The position numbers and the translations under genes are program-made. DNA of 51,097 nt from Bacteroidota bacterium (lineage in GTDB: Bacteria > Bacteroidota > Bacteroidia > Bacteroidales > VadinHA17). The first letter of the stretch is position 1; every line of letters begins with the position of its first letter. The notes below the pieces were generated by a model, which saw only the letters and a program-made list of their open reading frames with translations, was not told the DNA's origin and searched no databases. The DNA is taken from NCBI GenBank assembly GCA_023430725.1, contig JAEYZD010000199.1:1-51097 (forward strand), read 5' to 3'. Positions 1 to 7,482 of the stretch are shown here, in pieces.

Positions 1-1127
1 TCCTTGTCAAACTGCGGCTTAATAGTCTGATGCAGATAACCTTTATGAGTAAGAATGAGCAATGCGTCTGTGGAAACATTTCTTAACTCAAACCTGCCGT
101 CCTGGCCGGTAATTATCATGATGGTGGTTCCCGACACATTCACGCTTACCCCGGGGAGGGGAGTTCCATCTTCATTTGAGACCACTCCGTGGACAAGAAC
201 CTGGGTAAGGGGTTCCGGCTGCATGATTGTCAGCTCCACCTGGGAAGTCTCTGCGTTGATATACCTCGGAGAAGCGAATGCAAAGAGGAGAACGGCCGCA
301 ACCGGCAGCACAAGAAGCAGTTTAAGCTTCCTGTAGGGAGAATAAGTTTTCTTTTTCATCATTTCAAATCTGTTTGTGTAAAACGAAAAGTTGAATGAAT
401 TAGAGAGACTGATCAGCCTGGCGTTGAAGACCTGGTTGAGAAGAGCCGCCCTGTAACCCGCCGGGTCAGATGTGCTCTGCAGAGCCTCCTCGTCGGCAAG
501 ATTTTCGTGATTTTGCCTTACAAGAGCGGAGTAGATCCATACAAACGGATTCATCCATTGTATAAGGCTCATCATCTCAACAAGCAGGAGATCGAACCAG
601 TGTTTCTGTCTGAGGTGCACCAACTCATGGTTCAGGATCTCCCTGGCCTCCCGCTCACTCACTGAAGGATTGATGAAAACATAATTGAAAAACGAGAAAG
701 CTGAGGTATATTTTTCAGTTTTGACCATTACGACATCTCCTGTTCTGCTTACAGATCCCGTGCTCAACGCCCGGTAGAGCGAAAAAATATGGAACAGGGA
801 CCGGAACAGGAAGAGACCCATTCCACCGGCATAGATCCATAGGAAAAGGGTGAGGGGGAGGTTCTGTTCATGCTGCACCGCAGCGACTTCAGGCTCCGGC
901 GTCTGAATAATATCAGCAACCTGAGTTTCCTGTACTACCGGCGCTGACAGTTCAACCCTGTAATGAATTGTTAATAGCGGCAGAAGCAGTGACATGACAA
1001 CCCCGGCAACCAGGTATGCCCTCTTCAGCCTGAAGAACCTCTCATTCCTGAGAAACAGAAGGTATACCAGCGCAAAGCCCGCAAGCCATGAGGCTGATTT
1101 CAGGAGGTAAAATGCAATTGATTCCAT
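1..1127 (-). CDS. BlaR1-like M56 family metallopeptidase / signal transducer; partial, 3' end runs off the window
   Basis: Absent from the ORF track because no stop lies in the window. My reverse-complement translation from the ATG (first base 1127) stays open to position 3. It reads MESIAFYLLKSASWLAGFALVYLLF..., with the HExxH motif NHELVHLRQKHW (+ strand 615-629). A later TM segment LKLLLVLPVAAVLLFAFA is followed by a CarboxypepD_reg-like stretch VHGVVSNEDGTPLPGVSVNVSGTT..DGRFEL. The gene starts 3 nt after the blaI-like stop. Confidence 0.8.
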   Translation of the reverse strand, partial: MESIAFYLLKSASWLAGFALVYLLFLRNERFFRLKRAYLVAGVVMSLLLPLLTIHYRVELSAPVVQETQVADIIQTPEPEVAAVQHEQNLPLTLFLWIYAGGMGLFLFRSLFHIFSLYRALSTGSVSRTGDVVMVKTEKYTSAFSFFNYVFINPSVSEREAREILNHELVHLRQKHWFDLLLVEMMSLIQWMNPFVWIYSALVRQNHENLADEEALQSTSDPAGYRAALLNQVFNARLISLSNSFNFSFYTNRFEMMKKKTYSPYRKLKLLLVLPVAAVLLFAFASPRYINAETSQVELTIMQPEPLTQVLVHGVVSNEDGTPLPGVSVNVSGTTIMIITGQDGRFELRNVSTDALLILTHKGYLHQTIKPQFDK

Positions 1128-1130
1128 ATA

Positions 1131-1505
1131 TTATTCCTGTTGGTCATCATCAAGGTCTTCCCTGGCCTCCGCGAGTATCCTGTCGAGATCCTCCACAGAA
1201 AGATTCTTCTCCCTGGCAAAAAAAGATGTCATTGCAGGGAACGAATTGTTGAAGTATCCCTCGAGCAGTCCGAAAAGCTGGTGCTTTGAATACTCACTCT
1301 TAGAGACGAGCGGATAATAGAGGAACACATTGGCATATGCCTTGTGATCAACATATCCTTTCTTCTCCAGGACCTTCAGCACTGTGGAGATTGTGTTCCT
1401 CGCAGGCTTCGGATCATTAAATTTTCCCCTGATATCCTTCACCACACCCTCTTCCAGATCCCATAAAATCTGCATTATCTGCTCTTCCGCCTTAGTCAGT
1501 TGCAT
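1131..1505 (-). CDS. BlaI/MecI/CopY family transcriptional repressor
   Basis: Winged-helix penicillinase-repressor pattern: MQLTKAEEQIMQILW...TISTVLKVLEKKGYV. The ORF-track start at 1529 is GTG. The ATG at 1505 gives the usual family N-terminus (M..LT..E..IM..LW). Immediately upstream of the M56 gene. Confidence 0.85.
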   Translation of the reverse strand: MQLTKAEEQIMQILWDLEEGVVKDIRGKFNDPKPARNTISTVLKVLEKKGYVDHKAYANVFLYYPLVSKSEYSKHQLFGLLEGYFNNSFPAMTSFFAREKNLSVEDLDRILAEAREDLDDDQQE

Positions 1506-1575
1506 AAGTTGCTTTTTAAATAATACCACATCAATGCCCTCTGCAGGTCATTACTTTTCTATCAATCCTTCACTA

Positions 1576-1583
1576 CAAATATA
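1576..1583 (-). promoter_or_regulatory. Bacteroidota-type -7 promoter box (TATATTTG on minus strand) for the blaI-like operon
   Basis: + strand CAAATATA equals the TAnnTTTG consensus on the minus strand. It lies 71 nt upstream of the ATG at 1505, directly flanked by the palindrome at 1587-1598. Confidence 0.45.
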
Positions 1584-1586
1584 CGA

Positions 1587-1638
1587 CTATATTTATAGAC
1601 GCACAAGTTTATATGACTTTTTTCGTCTATATTTATAG
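1587..1638. promoter_or_regulatory. Two identical 12-bp palindromes CTATATTTATAG (1587-1598 and 1627-1638); candidate BlaI-type operators
   Basis: Each copy is CTATA-TT-TATAG, a 5-bp inverted repeat. The copies are exactly 40 bp apart, in the divergent region between the blaI-like gene and ORF 1892. Confidence 0.4.
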
Positions 1639-1799
1639 TTATTATTTTTTATGTGATTGTATTATAGTGCATTACTGCTGTCTGAGAACTCTCTGGATAA
1701 TGGAGAAAGGCCACTTTTCAGCAATCCGAAACTCCGCGAAGAAAGAAAAGGAACATCAGAAATCTGCTGGAAAACAATATTTTCCCGGGACCGGCATGG

Positions 1800-1807
1800 T
1801 AATTTTG
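1800..1807 (+). promoter_or_regulatory. -7 promoter box TAATTTTG, candidate promoter of ORF 1892-2995
   Basis: Perfect TAnnTTTG, 85 nt upstream of the ATG at 1892. Confidence 0.35.
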
Positions 1808-1891
1808 TTGTAATTTCAGAGTTGAGTCATAAAAGCATACTGCCAAAACGCCATATATTCAGGAATAGTAACTTCAGGTTAATAATTTGAT

Positions 1892-2995
1892 ATGAAAAAT
1901 TGTCTTATTGCTCTGCTAGTTTTTTTTATCCCCGGCGCACTGATTTCACAGGAGGGATTTAAAGAAGGTTACGTGCTGTTAACACAGCAGGACACCCTTT
2001 ACGGCCTGATTGAAAATAACAACGGTTATGAAAACTCAACAGCCTGCAACTACAGGAGAAGCAGTAATGAAACGATCAGACGTTACAGTCCGGATGAAAT
2101 TTTTGGTTATTACTTCAGTGAGGGTAAATATTATGTTTCAAAAGAATATGAAAACCGGAGACAATTTTTTGAATTCCTGGTAGATGGCAGATTAAGTGTC
2201 TATCTGAAACAGGAGAGGGACCTGAGTAATCATTTCTATATTGAAAGAGACACTTTGCCGTTCAGGGAGCTTACCTATAAATCAGGAATAACAGTTGATG
2301 ATGACGGGATCCAGCGGATTTCAGCATCCAAAACACATAACCTTCTCCTGGCCTACTACACTAGTGACTATCCGCAACTGAAGCAGGCTGCGATGGGTAT
2401 GGAAAAACCGAAAAACTCATCCCTGATAAGGTTCGCCAGAGAGTATCATAATGCGACATGTATTGACGGACCATGCCTGATTTATGAAAAGAAGGGCAAA
2501 ACCATCCTGGAACTCGAAATTCTCGCCGGGGTCAGTTATATATTCAGGGACACGACCGGTTATATCCCGGAAAAATCTTTTGGGTCAGGGGCCCTGATGC
2601 TGAATGTGATGGTGCCCAAGATCAGTGAGTCAATTTATTTTGGGTTGGGGCTGGGGTACTATATGTATCCTGAACATATTTTACTGGAAAAAGAATTTCT
2701 CTATACTCACTTCGCCGACTCAATTTTCAATTGGGTTTATGAAACCAGGTTTCGGCCCTCTGTTCAAATACCCTTTACAGTATTCTATAATAACCATCGC
2801 CCCGGCATATCACCCATACTGGGACTAAGCACAAATCTTCTGTATGCTTTTGATTTTAAAGCTTTTGCCGGGTTAAACTTCCAGAGAAGTTTGCTCTCTG
2901 TTAAGCTTCTAGGTGAATACGGGATGTTCCCGACAGTAAGTGCCAGGGTCAAAACCGCAGGAATAAAAATGAGCGTTTCCTGGTTGCTGAAATAG
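1892..2995 (+). CDS. Hypothetical secreted / outer-membrane protein
   Basis: N-terminal signal-like MKNCLIALLVFFIPGALISQ. The C-terminal half is rich in alternating aromatic/Gly strands (GVSYIF, YFGLGLGYYMY, AFAGLNF), suggestive of a beta-barrel. I recognise no family motif. Confidence 0.6.
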   Translation: MKNCLIALLVFFIPGALISQEGFKEGYVLLTQQDTLYGLIENNNGYENSTACNYRRSSNETIRRYSPDEIFGYYFSEGKYYVSKEYENRRQFFEFLVDGRLSVYLKQERDLSNHFYIERDTLPFRELTYKSGITVDDDGIQRISASKTHNLLLAYYTSDYPQLKQAAMGMEKPKNSSLIRFAREYHNATCIDGPCLIYEKKGKTILELEILAGVSYIFRDTTGYIPEKSFGSGALMLNVMVPKISESIYFGLGLGYYMYPEHILLEKEFLYTHFADSIFNWVYETRFRPSVQIPFTVFYNNHRPGISPILGLSTNLLYAFDFKAFAGLNFQRSLLSVKLLGEYGMFPTVSARVKTAGIKMSVSWLLK

Positions 2996-3148
2996 AAGTT
3001 AATATGCAGTAGTGGAAGGAAATAAGAATTGACAGACAGAGGTTCAGACTGCATGACCGCATGACCTTCAGGCTCTCGGATTGAGGATTCGCCAGAGGCG
3101 AGTCCGAAATCCCGCATCCGCCGGATGGCGGATCGGGACCCTCAGACC

Positions 3149-4006
3149 TTAAAACGTATCGAGAAGCTTAAGCAACTTATCCTTCTCTGTTTGCCCCTCA
3201 GTCTTTTTCAGCAGCTCAGAGAGCCATGCACCGTACATAGGGTTTGGCAGCACAATATACCTTGTGCCAAAGAGCCGGCGGTCGGCATCAACAGCCGCAA
3301 AGCCATTGTCAGAACCCCGTTTCTCGTAGATGCCGCTATGGTCGGCAAGATTGTCTCCAACGAGGAGCATAATCTCATAATCCTTTTCAATTATTGCCCG
3401 TCGCTCCACCTTTGAGGAGGCTGTCTCCTTAAGCAGCATGTGTGCGCTGTCGGCATTGGCAAATCCAAGAGCGGCCATATTTTTAATAGTCGGCCCCATC
3501 TCCTGAACCGTCCTGTTGGATACATAAAATACCTCTGCTCCAAGCGAGTCGGCATACTGTGTGAACTCCACCGCACCCGGCAGAGGTTCTGCCTGCGCCA
3601 GTTCCACCCAACGGAACCAGTCATCATTATTGAACTCCTTTTTCTCAAGCACCTGCCAACCCTGGAACGGACTGTTGTCAAGGAGAGTCTCGTCGATGTC
3701 CAGCACTACCGCTGCCGGTTTCGTCCGGCCTGCCCAGGCCATGTTTTCAGCGAGAGCGATCTCTGCACTGCGGAAGCACTGGTAGAATAGGGCACGCATC
3801 TCGGCTGATTTCCGGAACCACAGCGTGGCCAGTATCAGATGATCCTGATCCTCTCCGGCTGCCTGTGAGGAGGATTCATCAGCAGAAAGAACCTTTGCAT
3901 CCCTGCCGGGGAGTCCGGTGCGATCCTCAGCCGGAGGGGTGGCATGCCTTGTCGTGGCGCAAGAGGCCAGCATTATAATTACCGTAACAATAATGAGCTT
4001 TTTCAT
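3149..4006 (-). CDS. 5'-nucleotidase, lipoprotein e(P4) family (class C acid phosphatase, HAD superfamily)
   Basis: Lipobox MLASC. HAD motif I in the e(P4) context VVLDIDETLLDNSPF. Distal GDNLAD motif. Confidence 0.85.
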   Translation of the reverse strand: MKKLIIVTVIIMLASCATTRHATPPAEDRTGLPGRDAKVLSADESSSQAAGEDQDHLILATLWFRKSAEMRALFYQCFRSAEIALAENMAWAGRTKPAAVVLDIDETLLDNSPFQGWQVLEKKEFNNDDWFRWVELAQAEPLPGAVEFTQYADSLGAEVFYVSNRTVQEMGPTIKNMAALGFANADSAHMLLKETASSKVERRAIIEKDYEIMLLVGDNLADHSGIYEKRGSDNGFAAVDADRRLFGTRYIVLPNPMYGAWLSELLKKTEGQTEKDKLLKLLDTF

Positions 4007-4155
4007 CCGTTTTTATTCTGTTGAAAATAAACTAATTGTCTAAAACCGGTCCATTTTGTTTGTTATTGCCTAAGTAACAAATAATTGGCCGATGCCGTTT
4101 ATATTGTTTGAAAGATTTTTAACTTTAACCGTACCATACCAAAACGTAATCTGCA

Positions 4156-5736
4156 ATGTCAACCTTAAAGCTGATGCTGGGGATGATCCCCTCAACCTCC
4201 AAAATTGAACAGGAAGAGAAAGCCCTGATTGCCGAGTATGAGAAGATGATCGCCTTTGCGGGCTCAGAAGCACTGGCAAAATACACCCGGCTTCATGAAA
4301 GCGTCAACTCTGCCGGTTTCAAACAGAAGAGAAGGGAGCTGGAATCGCTTTCATACAGTGGCTCGGAGGAGCATACAAGGGAGACTGAGTTTCTGAGTCT
4401 CAAGAAAGCCAGGGATATTATTTCCTACTTCAAAACAGAGGGGAGCGCCCTGCTGAAAAACTTCACCTCGCTCGACGGTTCCGCCAGGATAAAGGAGATC
4501 GAGGACCTGAAGCTGTTCGTTCAATCTCCTGAGTTCAAACAAAAGGAGAGAATGAAACCAGTGACGTTCAAAGATACCGAGGAATATGGCAAATGGCTTG
4601 AATTCAAGAAGCTGAAAGGTGACAGCGAGGTTAAAAAGAACCTGAATCCCGAGAAGGTGAAGAGGTTCTCCGAGCTGCAGGCCCTGGTGACCTCCTCGGC
4701 CTTTTTGCTGAAGAAAAACATGAAGCCCGTCACATTCAGGGACACCCCCGAGTATCAGAAGCTTCAGGAGCTCAAAACCAGAAGCAGCGCTTCAGACATT
4801 GTATCTTACTATAAGTTTAGAAATTCAAAGGAATATCACAATTACACCGGAGTAAAGGATTCTGCCCGTCTGAAGAGATTCCACGAGCTTCAGGATTACC
4901 TGAAATCGAAGGAGTTTACGGAGAGGAAGGAGTACCTGCTTGATAAGAAAAGGTTCGAAAAGTCTGATATGTTCAAGGAGCTGAAGGAGTATGAGACGCT
5001 TAAAAACTCCCCAGACATCAAGTGGTATTTCAGCATTAAGGACTCGAACAAATTCGATATCCTGAAAAACAGGAAGCTCACGTTCAGTGAGGAATTTGAC
5101 GATGCCACCCCGGACAGCAGGAAATGGCTTAACAAGTATTACTGGGGAGAGAAACTCCTGCACGACAGTTACAGCATTGCAACTGACCTTCATTGCTATA
5201 CACCGTCGGATAACCTCGAGGTCAGGCACAGCGTGCTTCGCATCATAACAAAGCCGCAGAAGACAAACGGCAAAGTTTGGGATCCCGCCAAGGGCTTTTT
5301 TACAAAAGAATTCGGTTTTACTTCCGGTATAATCAACACCGGCGCCTCATTCAGGCAGAAGTACGGAACCTTCACTGCGAAGATCAAACTCTCGGATCCA
5401 ACAGTACGCAATGCCTTCTGGCTGATAGGAGACCGTATAACACCTCATGTTGACGTCTGCAGATCGGGCCACGGGAAAGTCTGGATTGATCTCTTCACCT
5501 CTCCGGGAGGTCACTATAAAAAGAGTCTCGGATCAAGGTACCTGTCTGATTTTTATATCTATACCCTTGAGTGGACACCAAACGCACTTGTCTGGAAGAT
5601 CAACGGGGTGGAGGTGATGCGTCAGACAACCGGTGTACCACAGGAGCCAATGTATATAAACTTTGCCGGTGGTGTGGACAAGCCCATCGGAGGGATCTCC
5701 TCAATGGAGGTTGACTGGGTAAGAGTTTACGAATAG
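4156..5736 (+). CDS. GH16-fold (concanavalin A-like glucanase) domain protein with an N-terminal charged repeat region
   Basis: The C-terminal ~230 aa follow the GH16 pattern: FSEEFDD..W, GFTSGIINT, YGTFTAKIKL, NAFWLIG, YIYTLEWTPNALVWKINGVEV, YINFAGG, MEVDWVRVYE. The N-terminal ~300 aa contain repeats such as MKPVTFKDTEEYGKWLEFKKLK and MKPVTFRDTPEYQKLQELK. No signal peptide. Confidence 0.75.
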   Translation: MSTLKLMLGMIPSTSKIEQEEKALIAEYEKMIAFAGSEALAKYTRLHESVNSAGFKQKRRELESLSYSGSEEHTRETEFLSLKKARDIISYFKTEGSALLKNFTSLDGSARIKEIEDLKLFVQSPEFKQKERMKPVTFKDTEEYGKWLEFKKLKGDSEVKKNLNPEKVKRFSELQALVTSSAFLLKKNMKPVTFRDTPEYQKLQELKTRSSASDIVSYYKFRNSKEYHNYTGVKDSARLKRFHELQDYLKSKEFTERKEYLLDKKRFEKSDMFKELKEYETLKNSPDIKWYFSIKDSNKFDILKNRKLTFSEEFDDATPDSRKWLNKYYWGEKLLHDSYSIATDLHCYTPSDNLEVRHSVLRIITKPQKTNGKVWDPAKGFFTKEFGFTSGIINTGASFRQKYGTFTAKIKLSDPTVRNAFWLIGDRITPHVDVCRSGHGKVWIDLFTSPGGHYKKSLGSRYLSDFYIYTLEWTPNALVWKINGVEVMRQTTGVPQEPMYINFAGGVDKPIGGISSMEVDWVRVYE

Positions 5737-5766
5737 AAACAGGGCAGATTGCCTTATCAAAAAGGG

Positions 5767-5815
5767 GCCGCCCGGCAGACACATTCCAGGTGTTTACCGG
5801 CGGCTTTCTGTTTCC
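5767..5815 (+). terminator. Rho-independent terminator after the GH16-like gene
   Basis: Imperfect long stem GCCGCC-C-GGCAGACAC / GTGTTTACC-GGCGGC with loop attccag, followed by TTTCTGTTTCC. Confidence 0.55.
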
Positions 5816-5860
5816 GGCGGATTATCAGCCGGTGCTTTTCAGGTATTTTTTTTCCGGATC

Positions 5861-5888
5861 TGTAACATTTGCCTTCCTGAAGCCGTCT
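5861..5888 (+). promoter_or_regulatory. Candidate ECF-type promoter TGTAAC-N17-CGTC upstream of the sigma gene
   Basis: TGTAAC at 5861-5866 and CGTC at 5884-5887 with a 17-nt spacer, 27 nt before the ATG at 5914. The same architecture recurs at 7426-7452. Confidence 0.4.
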
Positions 5889-5913
5889 TTATGGTGTCAG
5901 TGCATTGACCTGA

Positions 5914-6399
5914 ATGACCGTAAAAGAGTACAATAACGCCGTCAGGGAGTTCGGAGACCATGTCTACCGGTTCATCTTCCGCAGCATAAAGGACAGCCAC
6001 AGGGCTGACGATATAGTGCAGGACACCTACGAAAAACTGTGGAGGTGTGTCACTGAGATCGAATATGCCGCTGTCAGGTCATGGCTCTTCTCAACAGCCT
6101 ACAACAGGATGATTGACGTGATAAGGAAAGATTCCAGGCTGGTTGATGTGGAGTATTATGATGACAGCTCACTTTACGCGGAGGAGAACGGCAGCGACCT
6201 GAACGAGGTTCTTCACAGGGCCCTGGAAAAACTTCCGGCCGTTCAGCGGTCAGTCATACTTCTGCGCGACTATGAAGGATACAACTACAAGGAGATTGGT
6301 GAGATAGCCGGATTATCGGAGGCACAGGTCAAGACCTACATTTTCAGGGGACGAGTGGCTCTCAGAAACTACCTGGTAAAGACATCTGTATGGCAATGA
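5914..6399 (+). CDS. RNA polymerase ECF-type sigma-70 family factor
   Basis: Region 2 (DIVQDTYEKLW...WLFSTAYNRMIDVIRK) and region 4 HTH (YNYKEIGEIAGLSEAQVKTYIFRGR). Confidence 0.9.
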   Translation: MTVKEYNNAVREFGDHVYRFIFRSIKDSHRADDIVQDTYEKLWRCVTEIEYAAVRSWLFSTAYNRMIDVIRKDSRLVDVEYYDDSSLYAEENGSDLNEVLHRALEKLPAVQRSVILLRDYEGYNYKEIGEIAGLSEAQVKTYIFRGRVALRNYLVKTSVWQ

Positions 6400-7424
6400 A
6401 TGAAGATTCCGAATTCCCGCGTCTGACACCTCCTGAAGAGAGGATGCCATCTGGCAGCAGGCTTTTCCGCAGGGCAGAGGAGCTTACAGATGATCAGTTT
6501 GACCATCTTGCTGCTGCATGGGCCGATGGTGCTCTTTCCGGTGATGCACTCGCAGAACTGGAATCTGTGATTATTGCCGATGACCTCAGAAGGGTTCGCG
6601 CCGGGAGCTTCAGGAGCATTCGTCTTGCGCCTGTTAATGAAGCCTGGCCGGGCATGCGCAAAGCGATCAGGCCATCACCTGTGCTGGCGGCATTTCGCCG
6701 GAATGTCATTCCCGCTCTGCTGGCAGCGGCAGCCATGATAGTCATTATCATATCCGGTCCGGCCGGGGCAAAACTGAAAATGACAAATCCCGGAGACCTG
6801 ACCGCTGCAAAAGGAATGAGAGTCGCAGAGATTCAGGCATCATCTCCGGTAATTGCTGCTCCAGAGTCGTCTGTGACCCGGGAAGGGACTGCCGTGATAT
6901 CAGCGGTGACACAATCCAGGCCTGGCACTGCTTATGTCAATGCAGTGCCGCGGGAAGCGAAAGCTGCGGCTTCATCGGTGAATCCGGCCATGACGGGGGC
7001 AACTGCAGGTATGAATTCCGCAGTTGCAGAACACACGACTGAACCGGCTGAGACAGATCTCATTGTACGGGCTGAGCCACTGGCGATTGCACAGAACCAT
7101 GCGGAAGTTTCAGCAGTAGCCCGGGCAATTTACCCCTCCCTGACCCCGGTAAACATGAGGGACGTTCCTCCGGCAAGGATGATGCCGGAAGAAAAAAACT
7201 GGATGCTTCGCAGTATTTCCTTCCTTGCAAGTGCGGTTACAGGAAAAGAGAAGCAGATTGACGGCTATGTGATTGCCAGCGGTTGCATAACAGGAATAAA
7301 CACAATCTTCGGTTGGGACATGGAACTTGAACAGGTCAGCAACAAAGGGGGAGAGCCTGTTGCTGTCAGCTTCAGCTCTTCACTCATTTCATTCACCAGG
7401 CCGGTGAACAAAACTTCACCCTGA
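6390..7424 (+). CDS. Putative anti-sigma factor (single-pass membrane protein)
   Basis: Overlaps the sigma gene stop (ATGGCAATGA). N-terminal anti-sigma-like AAWADGALSGDALAELESVI. One TM helix VIPALLAAAAMIVIIISGP. Ala-rich periplasmic part. Confidence 0.6.
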   Translation: MAMNEDSEFPRLTPPEERMPSGSRLFRRAEELTDDQFDHLAAAWADGALSGDALAELESVIIADDLRRVRAGSFRSIRLAPVNEAWPGMRKAIRPSPVLAAFRRNVIPALLAAAAMIVIIISGPAGAKLKMTNPGDLTAAKGMRVAEIQASSPVIAAPESSVTREGTAVISAVTQSRPGTAYVNAVPREAKAAASSVNPAMTGATAGMNSAVAEHTTEPAETDLIVRAEPLAIAQNHAEVSAVARAIYPSLTPVNMRDVPPARMMPEEKNWMLRSISFLASAVTGKEKQIDGYVIASGCITGINTIFGWDMELEQVSNKGGEPVAVSFSSSLISFTRPVNKTSP

Positions 7425-7425
7425 T

Positions 7426-7452
7426 TGTAACTTTCCGGCATCCCTGTACGTC
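7426..7452 (+). promoter_or_regulatory. Second candidate ECF-type promoter TGTAAC-N17-CGTC upstream of the beta-barrel gene
   Basis: TGTAAC at 7426-7431 and CGTC at 7449-7452 with a 17-nt spacer. Starts 2 nt after the anti-sigma stop and lies 31 nt before the ATG at 7483. Confidence 0.4.
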
Positions 7453-7482
7453 CCGGTAATAAACAACAAATAATTTTTAGCC

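Noticed and set aside
55-398. Plus-strand ORFs 55-336 and 189-398 from the ORF track
   Set aside because: They lie antisense to the open minus-strand frame that encodes the M56/CarboxypepD_reg protein, which has clear motifs. They are shadow ORFs.
1613-1890. Small plus-strand ORFs (66 and 77 aa) in the blaI / ORF1892 intergenic region
   Set aside because: The region is AT-rich and low in complexity, with Cys/Leu/Ile-rich translations. The ORFs overlap each other and the predicted promoter and operator elements. There is no supporting motif.
2996-3148. GC-rich stretch with two tandem hairpins (about 3086-3106 GGATTCGCC/GGCGAGTCC, and 3116-3133 ATCCGCC/GGCGGAT) plus the direct repeat GCATGACCGCATGACC; considered as a small structured RNA
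   Set aside because: It sits between two convergent genes, so terminator or stabiliser hairpins explain it most simply. It has no U-tract and no recognisable riboswitch or sRNA signature, so I do not call it a feature.
4059-4081. Inverted repeat TTTGTTA-N9-TAACAAA between the e(P4) phosphatase gene and the GH16-like gene
   Set aside because: It is a 7-bp AT-rich repeat in an AT-rich promoter region, so chance occurrence is plausible. No second copy was seen.
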